NCBI GenBank assembly: GCA_964057225.1
Contig: OZ059894.1
Location: forward strand, 15,314,001 to 15,378,000
Origin: Auanema rhodensis
Taxonomy: Eukaryota > Animalia > Nematoda
Direction of reading: 5' to 3'
Length of the DNA stretch: 64,000 bases
Shown: in pieces, positions 11,501-25,903 of the stretch
Numbering within the stretch: the first letter of the stretch is position 1
Layout of the letters: each line of letters opens with the position of its first letter
Program-made: the position numbers and the translations under genes
The notes under the pieces: generated by a model
Told to the model about the DNA's origin: nothing
Databases searched by the model: none
What the model saw: only the letters and a program-made list of their open reading frames with translations

Positions 11501-14489
11501 AAGACGAAGAAGGAGTGAACTAGAGAAAAGAAAGCAGGACATGAGAGATGATGAGTATGAGCGAGATAAAAAGAAAGAAAGGAGAAAAAGAGAAAAAGTT
11601 TTGAAATAGTTTTCAAGAAGAAGACGAAGCAGAAGAATAGTTTTCTTTCTCTGTTCTATTCATTTTCTCAATTCAACGTTTTCGTTGCTTAAAATTAATG
11701 AGAATGAAAAGTATGTTGCAGAAAATATAATTGATCAGTTATAGTCATCAACATGGGAAAAATTTTAAAAATAAAATAAAAAAAACAAAATAATAATAAA
11801 AAAAATATTTAGAATACTACTACATAATTTGAAAATTAAATGAGAAAAAAAATATTTTTTCATATTATTTCAAAGGGTGGGGGGGGGGTGGAGGATATAC
11901 ATACATACATAATTTACAATCTTTCAAGGATAATTTGTAAAAACGAGATGATGAAGAAATATGTATAAGAAGAAGAATACAAAGGATATAATTTTGAAAA
12001 AGGATATAACTGTGGGTATGTGAGTGTGTCAAACATCACTTAGAAAATTACAAAAAGTTTGTAAGATACATAGTATGCTTTATGAATGGTATCTAGAATA
12101 GTAATAGCTGTTGAAATAATCTTGAAAATAGTGATTAATTTAATTTTTTTTTCAAATTACATATATATATTAAAGAAAAATTGATTTGATATTGCAAAAT
12201 AAAGAAATATTTATAGGATATGGATATAAACAACCGTTCATTACATAGCTAATAAACTGATATAGCTTGTGTAGTTCACGTCAAATTCACGTATAATACG
12301 ACGTAATGTAGACGTGGTATTTGACGTTGGAAAAAAGAAAACACAGACTGATAACTATTCGTAATAATTATGAGTTGATTTTGTTTGTAAAGAGCTGACA
12401 TAAATTGATGGGATATGATAGAAAAATGGTTATACATAGCAACGAAAGACCAAAATCAATAGGATAACATGAAGCTTGAGTGATGACATTATATATTTTC
12501 ATGTCCATCATGTCATATTCATGAGCAGCACCAATAAATATTTACGTCACCGTTAGAAGGACAAAAAAACAAGTACGGAAGAAATTAGTCTTATGTTTTT
12601 TTCACAGAAATAGATCAGGTTGTAAATGGCTTAGAATATGCTGTTATGTTGAAGTAAAAAAAATAATAAAACTAGCAATATTGAATTGAATTTCTGATAT
12701 AGCATATACATAATATATAGAAGACGATCGAATAGGTTGTTTCTTAGAATAATTAGTAGAAGTATGATATAAGGTTAAGGGGGAGGCCAGAAATAGGAAT
12801 GCATACAAGGTTTCATTCGTGTCTATGAAGCGTGTTCTAGAACTCCGGTCTTCTACGACCAGATGTCAATTAGTGAAGCATGTCATGTTATCTGTCCTTC
12901 GTTTGTGTGCGTCCCCCGGCTCTTCTCACTCCTTATTTCCTGAATTTCCTTCTTCATTTCTCTTTTGCAGGGTTTAATTTGCTGACCATTGCTCTAAAGC
13001 CATTGCTATCACTTCTTAAGCTTTCGGCTCATTGAACATGATCTCCTCTATCTATTTTGATCTTCCTTATTAACTTCATTGTTCTCTTATCAATGCATTG
13101 AATCAAGCTGATTCCAAAGAAGTAATTTGCAGCGAGGCATATGAAGGAACTCAATTACGAAAACAAAAATAAATAAAAGAACTTTTTGAGAAAAAGGAAC
13201 AAAAAACAAATTCTTGAAAATCAATGACTGGATCTGTCGAATGATAGTCTTGTTCTAACTTGTTGCTTAGGCTTCGACTTTGAAATATTCATACGTTTTC
13301 GACTTATGCTCTTAAACAACTAATGGTGGTCGGAGGAATATTTAATGAAAGAAAAGCTTCCGGTCTAAGAATCGGATAGAAAACTACTGCCAGCTGAAGC
13401 TGTGATTTGGAGCAAGAAAAAAAAAGATTTTTCTTTTCTCACTTCACGATTAGAGCTAGATGACATTGAAGGCGGCCATTCCCACGCCTGCACTTATACA
13501 CGCGGACCGAAACGAATGCATTTCTGCGTAGAATGTTTGTGAAGTGAAATTTGTGAAAAAATAATAATCATTTGAACGATTGAATTTCGCAGTAGAAATT
13601 GACAATTTTTCGCTTAAAAAAGTATTATTGTAAGGTTTCGACAAACTTTCTTACATCTACCTTGTTGGGAAAGAAATGGAAGCAGGATAAGGCAAGAAAT
13701 TGAAACAAAGACGAAAAATACAGAGATAGTGAGAGAATTAAGAAAATGCAAGAGATAAAGGGAATGTGAGTAGATGAAGAGAAAATGGTAAGAAACAGAG
13801 AAAGAGAGGATATGTGTATGAAGCATAGAAGCTATTTTCTAACAGCATTTTCTCTTTACGGAAAATGAGAGGAGGAGATTAATGTGAGGAAATAGATGGC
13901 TTCAGACCACAAAATGCCTGGACGCAACTGGTAAACCCAAGTGTGAACGAGCAAACAAAGCCAAATTCTTATTTCTTTCTTATTCAAATCCCCCTTTTAT
14001 CTTTCTTTTTTTTTGCCCCCCCCCCCCCCTCTTTCCCTGTCACAACCTGTTATGAAAGTTCCAAGCGCCGACTCTTTTTAAAAATCTAGCGAGAGCTACT
14101 TACGGATTAAAAACAGATATACAGCTAAAATAGAAACTAAGAACCAAATTCATAATGGGCGAGGAAGTTCGTTTGCTGTTGTTATGGTAGCCAGATACTC
14201 CATGAACAAGCGAACGATTAGAAGACATTGAAACGGAAACTTCGTGAATATCAGATCTGCTTCAATACATCCGACTTTTTGAATTTTTATCCTCTCAATT
14301 AAGAAACATTTGTATTGGCCTTTTTTATTTCCCGCTTTTGAATTAGAAAAATCTAAACTCAGATTCTGAAGAATTAATGAAGCTGTTTTCTTTTTTTTGG
14401 TCGACTTTAGACTAGGAATCATCCAACAGTTCTCGAATAAAGTTGGCCTAACAATTGAAACCTATCTTCTACTAAATTTTCATCAGCTG

Positions 14490-14493
<4 letters not shown>

Positions 14494-14528
<35 letters not shown>
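14494..14528. repeat. (AT)n microsatellite
   Basis: Direct AT run. Similar runs near 2105, 23657, 28560 and 48398. Confidence 0.9.
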
Positions 14529-14530
<2 letters not shown>

Positions 14531-17500
14531 CTACTCAGCTGAAATAAAGTAAGAGAATACTGATGCTTGTGTGACGTAACATACGATTAAAACAATGCTC
14601 GTAGTACGCTGATTGGTTGCAACAATTACATTGGTACTACTGGTCACCATCTCATGGGAGCATGAACTGAGAAGGCGGAAGTGAGTGTCCGAGCATTATA
14701 GCTTATTTAGAGAATACAAAAGCTGTAAATATATGAGAGAAGGAATAAGAATAGCTTAAAGCTAAAAATAGAAATATTGCAACGTTAGAAATGAAAATGA
14801 AGGTTTTTTACAGGATATACATATCATATAGAGTGACATAGACGTCAATATAATCAGCGAATATTATCAGATTTCTTATTTAGACGACGAAACTTCAACA
14901 TAACACCAGCTGTAAACCTAGCAGAGTGAACAAGCTGAGCTGCTTGATGCTCTTAAAACCTGTGAAGATCATGCAAAACTACAATTTGGACCTCCATAGA
15001 AGTCATGGTTGGAAGTCGTTTTTCGCTGTCAATGTGGATTCAATCTGTATGTCTGTCATCCGGAAAGAGACAGGGGACAACAAGCAAATCAAACGTGAAG
15101 AGAAAAGTATGAAGAGGAAAAAGAGATGGAGGAAATGAGGAAGAAATAGAGAGTAAAGGAGAGGCAAACAGTGACTAAGGGAAAGACGGAATAAAGAGGT
15201 AGAAATACTAAAAAGAGAGAGGGAGAGAGAGAGAGAGGTAGAGAGAGAAAGAGAAAGAGAGGGGTGTATAAAGATGGACGTGGCATCTGCCAGAAAACAG
15301 ATCACTCAAGCTAATCTATGTCTAGAAATAACAATGGCCAATCTAAATCAAACATATAATCCACCCGTTGCACGCTTTCACACGCTGTTAATAGCCAATA
15401 GTTCTTTCTCTTTGGAAAAGATGGAGGAAAAGAATTTCTCGTCAACTAACAACCTGAAAACAGATCAAAAAATGCAGAGATAGAGTGTGTGATAGTATAA
15501 AGAAGGATGAGTGCTCGAGCTCCTAATGAACTGCCTAATGTATCAAATGGCTAATCAAGCAAGGCGCGAAGATCAGCCTTGATACGAAGTTAAAAATTTC
15601 AAATTCGATGATTACAGCAGGACATTTGAAGAGATTCTTGACGAATAGGACGGAAGATATTCATCAGACGGTGCACGACAAAGCAATGATTCATAGCATA
15701 GCACATGAAGCCGTAAGCACTGAACGTCAACATGAGAGGGAAAATAAAGAGAGAAAGAGAGAGAGAAGGTGAGAGAGAGAAAGAGAAAGAGAGTAAAGAT
15801 AAGGGATAGAGTCGTAAGAGCAAAACGATGAGTTAGAAAGCAACAAAAAAGAGGAAAAAGCGATACTTGATTGAGAAGACGTCTTTGTGTATGCGCGACT
15901 GCAAATCAAGATGACTATGAGCTTTGACGTTAGCATATGACGATTGAAGTTAAATAAGAAAGCGATATGTTGTTCGGTCAGTTGAGTTCAAATTCTTTTG
16001 ATGTCCACATAGTTCATGTTTGACGAATTAACTATAAAAAATATATATTATATCATTTATATTTTTTTTTAAATTATTGAAAATAAGATTATAATTATCA
16101 AAATTTCTGGAAAATTAAGGAAGTACAAATAAGTGTAAAGAAACGTTTGAATTTGATCAGTTGAAGAGATCTCTCAAATATAACAAAATAGCAAGTGATG
16201 TGAGCAAAAATGATTGAATGAATGTTAATTATTTAAAAGAGAGCATGCTTTATATGATCATTGCAGTAGATTCTTAAAATAATTATACTAATTATTAGTA
16301 AGAATTTTCATTTTTAAATAAAATAATTGTAAATGGCTGAAAAGGTTTGCTGAACTGTACCAAACTCTGCGAAATCAACCGCGTTGCGTGAAAAAATTTG
16401 TAAAAAATGAAAAGAATATATACACGTGTTACGTCAAAATTTGAATGGTGCTAGTTGAATCAAAGAATGGTTTTGGAAAAAATTAAATCTGAATATAACA
16501 AGATGAGGAAGAGTTTCAATCTCGGAAAACGACTAATTTTATTGTCTAAACGCAGCATTTCGAGAGAATGAGGAGGTGAGGGAAAAGGGGTGAAGAAGGA
16601 ATAAGAGAGAGAATTAGAGATAAAATTATGTGTCAGATTGGGGATCCGCTCTCCTTTTCAATCCAATTCACTGTTCTCACATTGCGGATGCAAGCTTAAC
16701 AAGGGAGAAAAGCACAGGAAGAGGCAGCATGACGGACAGAAACGAGAAGTTTTGGGTTTGTTTTCAGAAGAGATTTGACTCAGAGTGCTTTACCACTATT
16801 GCTCTATGTGTGTGAATGTGTGACTTTTAGTTCACTGACATATGTATATGTTCTTATATTCATGGATTGATTTTAGTCAAATATGGCTATCTATCTACGT
16901 ATTCATGTAAGAAACAATGTATGCATTGACGTCTGATTCTGTTAACAAAGTTTTGAATCCCCAATAGAAAATGGACGACAACAATTCCCCGAAGGTCAAG
17001 TGCAGATAGCCTAAGGCTTTTTCATATTCTGTTGATAAAAGAGACAGTCAAAAAGGAAGAAAACTGCAGAGTTGTCATTGAAAGAGGAAGAACTTGATGC
17101 ACACATACACTTTCAATCGTCAAAGCAACATCATTCAAATCATACAACATGAAGACTGATGTGAACTGGTAGGATTTCATTTGAAGCTTCATTTAAGCAT
17201 GATGAAGTGTTGTGACGAAATGAAATCGCGCTTCTGTAACATACATATATGCCTAATAGGAGTTTGAAAAAGATAAGTAGGAAACGCTGAAGAAGTTTCT
17301 GCACGGATAACCTATCAGCTTCTCCTGTTGCTCTCCCTTTTCTTGTGAAAATTGTGAAAAATAACAATTGAATTTGAATGTAATTTGAGATGTCTGTGAA
17401 AGAATTCAATTAGAGATCTAACAAAAATATTGGATGGCTAGGCAGGATAGATGCTGCAGGAGGAAAAAGATGCAGTTAAACGGAATAGGCTTAGCACAAC

Positions 17501-18851
17501 GAGAAGTCTGAAGAAGGAATACACTGCCACATTCCTGTCTTCATCTTCTTCTCATTCATGTCTTCCTTCTGTTTTCTCGTTTTCTCCTCCAGTTATCTAC
17601 TTTGCAGTCTCAACAATGTCATTCTGAACGCAAGTGTAACGACCACCTCATAGTGCCTAAGCACATGCCAAGCACACTCACTTGTATCTTTTCATAGTTC
17701 AGTTTAGCTATCCATAGTTCAAAAAACGATGAAAGTGAAAATTCAACATCGCTTTTCATAATTTTTGAGATTAAATTAGATCTTTTTAATTATTTGCAGT
17801 TTATGTTAACATCGTCAAACTCATACAATGAGAAAACAAATGATACTAACATGGGATTGAAAAAATTAAATCTAATAAAAGAATAAATATTTTGCGTTTC
17901 CATCTAACTTCATCATTTGTCAGGAAAAAAAGATAAAATAAGCTCTATGATGGTGCTAAGAAAGTGCAATTCGTAGATACTACTCAACTTATCAATTTTC
18001 TTCAATTTTATTACATTTCTTTTTAAAAATTCTTATTTTTTTATGGAAAATGTGAATATACATATGAATATGATTGATAAATCAAAAAAAATCGTTTTTT
18101 TCGTGTATAAATGTCATTTTAAATAAATAGAAAAGTATAACTTTGAGAACGAAACGTGAAAAAACGTGGGAACAAATTCAAAAACAGAATAAGGATTTAA
18201 GATTAACAAGTAGCTTGGTAAGACACAAATCATAGTGCAAACTCAGCTAACAAAGAATAATATTTGAAGACAATGAAAGAAATATTTTATAACCGGAGAT
18301 TTGACTATAAAACAGATTTTTTCTGCCATTGTCTCTGCTTTTTTCTTTTTTCATGTCTATACCGACCTAAGAATATCCTGAAAGACAATATGCAACCAGT
18401 TGTGGGAGAAAGCGGAAACAGCAAAAGCAAGCTACTCCCGGTATAGCTACATGTATAGCTTGTGGTATTGCCACAAGTAAAATACGGAAGAATAGACAAT
18501 AGTAGTTAATGTGCTCCAGAGAATTTAGTAAGACTGGTGAGCTTCAATGTCAGTAAAAATTGGAAAATGGCCAAGTTCAGAAAAAGGTTTCGGCTAGAAA
18601 ATTGCTTACAATACAATGAATACTACTTGAACTAGACATAAGAAGAATAGAAACATGGTGACTTGAAAATTATAGAGAAGCGATTGAGAAACTGGAGAAG
18701 CCAATGATTTGAAATATGCAATTTAATAAGAAAACGTAAGCGGATAATATATAAACTGATAAAAACTTCTTATTTCAAGGCGATTAATCGAAAAAAAAAC
18801 AAATACAATGAGAAAAAAGTTCTTTTTCTCAATTATTCGTCGTTTTCTCAT

Positions 18852-18888
<37 letters not shown>

Positions 18889-20994
18889 TTCTGTTTCTCT
18901 GATCTCTCTCTCTCTCTTCCAATCTCACTCACTCCCAATCACTCAATTCTTCTTATTATATTAGCAGAGATTTAAACGAATAACTATTCTATGCCAAAGG
19001 AGGAGTGAGAAATAAGCATGTGTTCGGCAACGTGAGTCTTCAATTTTCACCCACCCTCTCCTCCTACTCCTTGGTTCACCATCTCGTACATGCTTTCTCT
19101 TCAATTCGTTTTCTATTTCTGCTTTTCGTTTGCATCTTTTTACCCCCCTAGTTTCTGTATATGTATGTACGTATGTGTATGTGTTCATGTGTGTGCCTCT
19201 TAGCATAAACAGAAAAATACGATGAAAAGAGGGTGGAAAAAATGTGCTTGACTGAATAGTTTCTTTTTTCTCTTACAATCAATAGATTGATACATATGTA
19301 TATATGAAATAACAAAAAAAAGCGTAAAGCTTGTTAGAGGCAAAAAAAAAAGGAAGAAGATTCTTTCAGCTTTTTTTCATGTACATGTACATACATATGT
19401 AGATGCATACATACATACATACATATACGCCTGATTCTACTATGTTTCTGCTTGCATTAAGTTTCTTCCAAGCCGACCTAATTACGTGATATAAATTTCA
19501 CGTCACGTGTGAAATTTGAATCGTATCATTTCGCACAGCGTTGACGTCTGAGATGGTTGCGTTTTTTTATTTCTCGGCATCATTGCAAACAGCTTTTCCC
19601 TTATTTGAAAGCTTTTAAAAGCGTTTCAACTCTAAGGGTAGATTCGAGGAAAAGATATATGAAGCGTAGTTTAAAATTTTTAATCGGAATAGGGGTAAAA
19701 TCCGGTCATCGTCATAATCCATGAGGCTAAATATAATAAGCTTCTGGTTATTCATTTTCAACATTTGTCTATTCAGCTTATCAGATAATGTAAGAATAGA
19801 AATGTATAATATACTATATACTATATACTATATACTATGTATATTAAATATATAAAGATTTTGAAAAAAAAGCAAAAAACCATAAAATCATCTAACGGTC
19901 CAATTAACAACTGACTTCAATAATATACATTTTCATTTTATACATTACAGAGAGAACAAAAATTAGGCTTGTTGATGATTTTCTTACGGAGAACAAGCCA
20001 CTATTATACGACAGATAAGTCAAAAAAGAATTACTCAAGCATGATTTGATGTTTTAATCGTTCGTTTCTCAAATGAAGCAGCAAGTTGGCTCTAGTCTTG
20101 AAGCATAATGAAACCTATCTCAAATGAACTTATTCTGAATCTTAATATCCATTTAAACTTAGACTAATACAAACAAAAGAATTTATTAATTGAAAACAGA
20201 ACAAAATTTTGAAAGAAAAATTTAAATGACGAATCAATTTCATGAGACAATTTAGCATCTCGAGCACTATATTGAATCTTTTTAAGCTTTTAATTTGCTC
20301 TGTTTTAAAACGAAAGATAAAGTTTAGTCTTTAATTAGGAAGGCAAAAGATTAATGAAGAAGTGTCAGTGAAAATTTATATGAAATTGTTTTTTCTATGT
20401 TTATAACAAAAAAAAAGAAAAACTTTGATAACAAATGATGTAAATAATTTCAAAACTGATGTTCAGGTATATATGATAACTTGTATTTTTGATATTTGTA
20501 GTTAAGATATCAACAGAAGCTGATTATTTTACTCATTATTTCAATATCATTTTATTTTTTCTTTATTAAATAAATAAAAGTACAGAATTCTTAATTAAAA
20601 TAAATAAACTCTTCTTTTTTCAAAAAACTTAAATAGTAAATTGGATAACAGGTGTATACAAAATAGAATTATAAGAAAAATTTGCAGAGAATATTTCGAT
20701 TTTTACAAAAAAATTATTCTAAAAAAATAGATTATTAAAAAAAAAGTATAACAAAGCAAACTAACAAGAATAGCACGAATAGCCCAAGCCATCCTCCTCC
20801 CCCCCCCCTTCCAACATATTTATGCTTTGTGGTCGTAACCATGTTTTTGAATGCAACCGATTGAATAAAGGCAATCAGTAAGGAAGAAGTTGCCTGATTG
20901 AATAGAAAAGAAGGAACACACAAGAAGAGAAAAAGAAGAACTGGGAGCAGACATTGAAGGAGAACGAAGGAAAGAACAAGAGATAGACAGAGAT

Positions 20995-20998
<4 letters not shown>

Positions 20999-21035
<37 letters not shown>
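20999..21035. repeat. (AG)n microsatellite
   Basis: Direct AG run. Further GA/CT tracts near 8975, 15215, 15755, 18853, 21250 and 23608. Confidence 0.9.
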
Positions 21036-21039
<4 letters not shown>

Positions 21040-23602
21040 TATGTGGAGAGTTGACGAAGTATGAGAAGAGGGATATGTAAGGACCAAAATTTACAAGAAG
21101 CATAAGATGATTTAACAAATAAAGAATAAATAAGAGACGAACAGTGAATCTTCTTTTCAAAAATTTGTATCCTCTTTATCTCTTTCACATTTACACTCCT
21201 ACTTCCCTCTACTTCCACCTACTTCCTTCTAGTTCTACTTCCCTCTAGTTTTCTCTCTCTCTCTTTATCCCCCTTTCTCTCCTTTTCTCTCTTTTTTTCT
21301 CTATCTCTTTTTCTCTTTTTCTTCCCCTCTCTCTTCCTCTCGCTTATTCTTTTTCGTCTTGTTCACTCTTTTAACAATCTGTACAAAAAGAAAACAATGC
21401 AAAAAACCAAAATCGGTTTTTTTCGTTGAGCTGCTACTGCATAGCCACATTTTCACCCAAAAATAAATAATATCAGAATAAGTTAGAGAAACAACTACCA
21501 GTTCGACCAACATAAGCAACATAATAATATCATATTATAGATTTAGATCATTACTGAACTCATGTGATAAGGGTAGAAATCTTGTATTCGCTCAAGAACA
21601 ACAATAATTTCAAAAAATTTCTCTTACAAACTAGCATTGGATGGATCGCTGACGAGTAACACGGATGAGCGACAAACGACGGCTTCTCTGCGTATGGGTG
21701 TGTGTGCATGTGAGAGGGAGAGGGAAAAAGAGAGCTTGAGAGAAGCCTCACACTCATTCGGTCCACAACCGAAATCAATAAATTTCGTAGAAGTTTTCAT
21801 ATAAGTGGAAACATATTACTCTTTCTTTGGATTAGGATCTTGAATGGTTTGAATAAATATTTGAAAGATTGTGAAAAAAAATTGAACTAGAAGTAAATGT
21901 TAAATGTTGCTAAGAGGAGGGAACCAATTTGCCATGCTTTTCCTCAGCAATTTACTCAAATAGATACACCTATGGTTTCTCAATATTTTCCTTAGAAACG
22001 TTATAAAATCACTTTGACTGTTTTATATGTTCTCCATCTTAAGCTTATTCGCTTGGTTTTCCCTTCATTTTTTCTTTTTTCAACCTCTTTTTGGGTTCTC
22101 TCTGACTAACTTCGAAGCTCTTATTCTTCTCTTCTACTCGTTTTCTTTCTCTTTTCTGAATCATAGGTCGTAAATATATTTATTGCCCCTGAAGTTTGTC
22201 GATTTGGAGCTCCAAAAACAAAAGTCAGTCTTTACATGGCATCCCAAGAGGTTTAGTCTCAGATGTTTTCGCGTGACCAAATCGCCAATATGAAGCCGAT
22301 ATCTGAAGCTGAAGTTACTTCGATTCAGACCTACGCGACTTGTCACGGAAAGCTGTCGTTGTGGCCGACCTTTTTTCAGAAGGCAGAAACTCTTATATTC
22401 TCTGAAGATGCAAGTTTGGGAAAGGAAAGGGAAGGAAGAACAGCTTTACTTATGCAATCGCTTTCCAAGTAGTCATGTGGAAATCTGGAGGAAGTTTTTC
22501 GGCTTTTAAATTCGAATTTCGAATATTAAGGTTGCAACCAGTAACTTTTCATTGAATAGGCTGAAAATTAAGATTTTTTTCAAACAGTAGCATCATTTTC
22601 TAGCTGATTCTGACTTGGGCAAACATCAAAAATACAAATAATATGATATCTTTCAATTAAAATTGAAAAATCAAAAAAAAAAACATAAATATTATATAAA
22701 GGAACTTCACTATATGACGTCATGTGTAAATATGAAAGAAGAAAAATAGATAATTATTACTAAAAAATATAAAAAAACATTATAATTCGTTATGAAAATA
22801 ATATTTTTTTAATATTGGCCACATAATTGATCAATCATATCAGTTTAAACTTTTTTTATAACTTGCACAATACGTGTTTGAATTTTTTTTCTTTAAATCG
22901 TCAGACAGATATGTATGAAGGGAATTTTTTTCAATTTATTACAATTATATATCTTGTATGACAGAAATAATTATTCATAATATATACAAATCTAAAATAA
23001 TCAGTAAATGAACAGGAATAACTTGCTGACGAACAACATATAAGCATCTAAAATACCGTCGTTGAACATTAGGTCTCGTCCGGAAACGGGAAGTTCGGTC
23101 AGATAAATCAGAAATCGTAAACAAGATCCAAATACAATGAATGTACTGGTTATTGTGTTTTAATTCTCTAGAGCAAAAAAAAATGTTTGGCTCTGAAAAT
23201 GCCGTCGATTTCGATGATATGTAAAATATTGGAAAAGCAAAAGATTTATGAGATGTGATTCAAACATTTAATACATAAATTAAAGTTTTCTTTGTTTATA
23301 GAAGAATTTTAACTATATTCTAGTATAAAACTATTTGATTTTTATAACATTAGAAATTTTATATAAGATTTTTCATATTTTTTTTATAAAATTTTGAAAA
23401 CAAAATCTATTTTCATTACATATTATTATTAATATTAATATATTGTTATATAGTATATATTCACAGTTATATATATAAATACATAATTAAACATAAATAT
23501 AACATTAGAAAGCTATATAATATAAAAGAATTTGTAACATAACTGAATATAATGACACCATTTTAAGATTTAAGGCTAAAAATATATTCAAAGGTTAATA
23601 AT

Positions 23603-23642
<40 letters not shown>

Positions 23643-24048
23643 AATTTTTTTGTGAAATATATATATATATATATATTAAAAAAATTTTTGGATATAAATA
23701 ATATTTTTATTGACCCATTCAAATGAATTTATGTTTATATGCACATTCATGCATACATCTGAATTCATATGAGTTCGTATATGAGCTTTTCAAACTTAAA
23801 TATGACCAGGTAAAAGCCTAAATGCAAAACAAATAGTAAAAAAGGAGAAAAAAAAATAAGAGAATTGAAAAAGACACAAACGTTACATACATCTGTAAGA
23901 TTAAGAGAGATGATGAATATAAGAAGAAATGGTGTATCACATATAATTTCACATAATAATGGGTTTATCATATCTCTTGAAGCTTATGATTTTATGGTAA
24001 AAACAGTAAACAGATTAACAAATTATAACAATAAATATTTTTTTTCAA

Positions 24049-25903
24049 CTACAACATTCCTGTGTCTTTCATATTTTCTTGAATTATAGTATCAATGACA
24101 CTATTAATAACTACAATTACTTGATCCGTGTCGGTAGCACAAGTTTCATGAACATAACTATAAAATAATTGTTTTTATTTTATTTATAAGATTTGAAAAA
24201 AACAAATATATGTATATATGACTATATTTGTTTTGAAATTATATATGTTACATTCGCTTTTTTTATACATATTTACGTTTTTAAAAAAAGAGGAGAATGA
24301 TCGTCAAAAGAACATTCCCCTGAGAAACACAGAGCAAAGGAAAAACGAGAAAACTTACGGTTTTCGACCATTTTTTACATTTGTCACAAATCGTCGTCGA
24401 ATGTATTTAACAGCAGCATTATACTCGTTTTCTCCTTCAAATAAGCTAACTATATAGTATATATATTAAACACTTAATACCTGTATAAGACGAAAAACAT
24501 ATATTAAGAGGAACTTGTTCAATTTTTTTCTCAAATAAATCTTTTTTATTCAAAAAAAGTATAATTGAGCAATCAGTAAAGTATTGACTATTAGCAATAC
24601 CAGAAAACAAATCAATAGCTTCTATTAAACGATTCTAAAAAATTATTTTTCAAGTTTTATATTAAAAATTATAATAATTAGTATCAATATATAATATAAA
24701 TATTTTAATATTTCTTACCGAACTATTATCCTCTTTTATAACTCTATCATATTCTGATATTGCTGCTATGTATATAATAGCATTACAGTCATCAAAGCAA
24801 TGAATCCATTTTCGACGTTCAGATCGTTGACCACCAACATCAAATACTCTACAAATTATTTATATCAAGCTTAATTATATAATAAAATACATATTTCAAA
24901 ATTTAACTTTAATTTAATTTCTATGAAATGAAAACATACTCAAAATTTATGCTACGAAATGTGAACATAAATTTGACGACTCCGGTGGTTGGTACTCTCG
25001 TATGCAAGATATCTTGCACAGTTGGCATGTAGTCTTTAGCTGCTAATCGCTCAATATTGTCGAAAAAGCTAGAATAATAGTAAGATTATATGAAGAAGTA
25101 ATTAAGAAAAAATGAATTTCTAGTTTTTATAGTGAGATTTGGGTTAATTGCTAAATATTGAAAATACATACTAGCCAGCTGATTCTGTCATATGAACTTC
25201 ATGACGATATTCAAATGCAGATTTAACTCCTGGATCATCCCACAGTTTAATCAAAGCATTCTTAAGTTCAGAACTGATTTCAAGTATTTCTTCTTCTTGT
25301 AGTTTACGAACTAATCGACCATGAGACTAAAAAAAAAATTTTTTATGTGAAATACATAGACATACTTATGTATATGTACAGTCATGTGTGATGAAAGTCA
25401 GACACCCCTATGTTAGAGGAAAACCTCCCACTATTTTTTTCCATTTTTTTGTAGTTTGTTTCAAATGATATACGGGTTTCTAAGAGGTGTCCGACTTTCA
25501 TCACACATGATTGTATGTAGTTTTTAAAAAAGAAAAGAAAATTGTATTACTTCTAAAGAAGGATTGAGAGGAATACGTTTTTCATCCAATAACACAAGTA
25601 TACTAGCAAGATTTTGAACAAGATTCGAAAATATGACACTTCGTTTTTCCATTAGCTCATTATCGGTGAAACCGTTATGATGTAAATATCTGATAATAAT
25701 AAAGAAAGTGAATAATTTACAAATTATTATGAAAGCTCTTACTTCATCTGTTTGAGACAAGTACTTTTTCCACTTTCTCCTGGTCCCAATAATAATAATT
25801 TTTGACGTAAATCGTTTTTCGGAGCTAGTTCTTTGTCAATTTTCTTTGATACCTCATTCTGATGCCGTCTTTCTTTCAACTCAGTAGATTCACACGACCC
25901 CAT
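24049..25903 (-). CDS. Heterotrimeric G-protein alpha subunit (nematode gpa type), 8 exons
   Basis: MGSC N-terminus (myristoyl/palmitoyl), G1 [20 protein letters not shown], switch [13 protein letters not shown]3 [18 protein letters not shown]4 [12 protein letters not shown]5 HETCATDT, C-terminus [12 protein letters not shown]. Confidence 0.95.
25379..25513. mobile_element. 135-bp MITE (Tc1/mariner-type) in an intron of the G-alpha gene
   Basis: 28-bp terminal inverted repeats CAGTCATGTGTGATGAAAGTCAGACACC / GGTGTCCGACTTTCATCACACATGATTG (2 mismatches), flanked by TA on both sides, with no ORF. Confidence 0.88.

Noticed and set aside
17520-17529. ACACTGCCA, whose reverse complement equals the miR-34 5' end
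   Set aside because: Only seed-length; the rest of the mature sequence and a hairpin are absent.
15003-21218. Many 60-140 aa ORFs rich in SLSLSL or ERERER (also 62411-62710)
   Set aside because: They are translations of GA/CT microsatellites, with no splice structure or domain.
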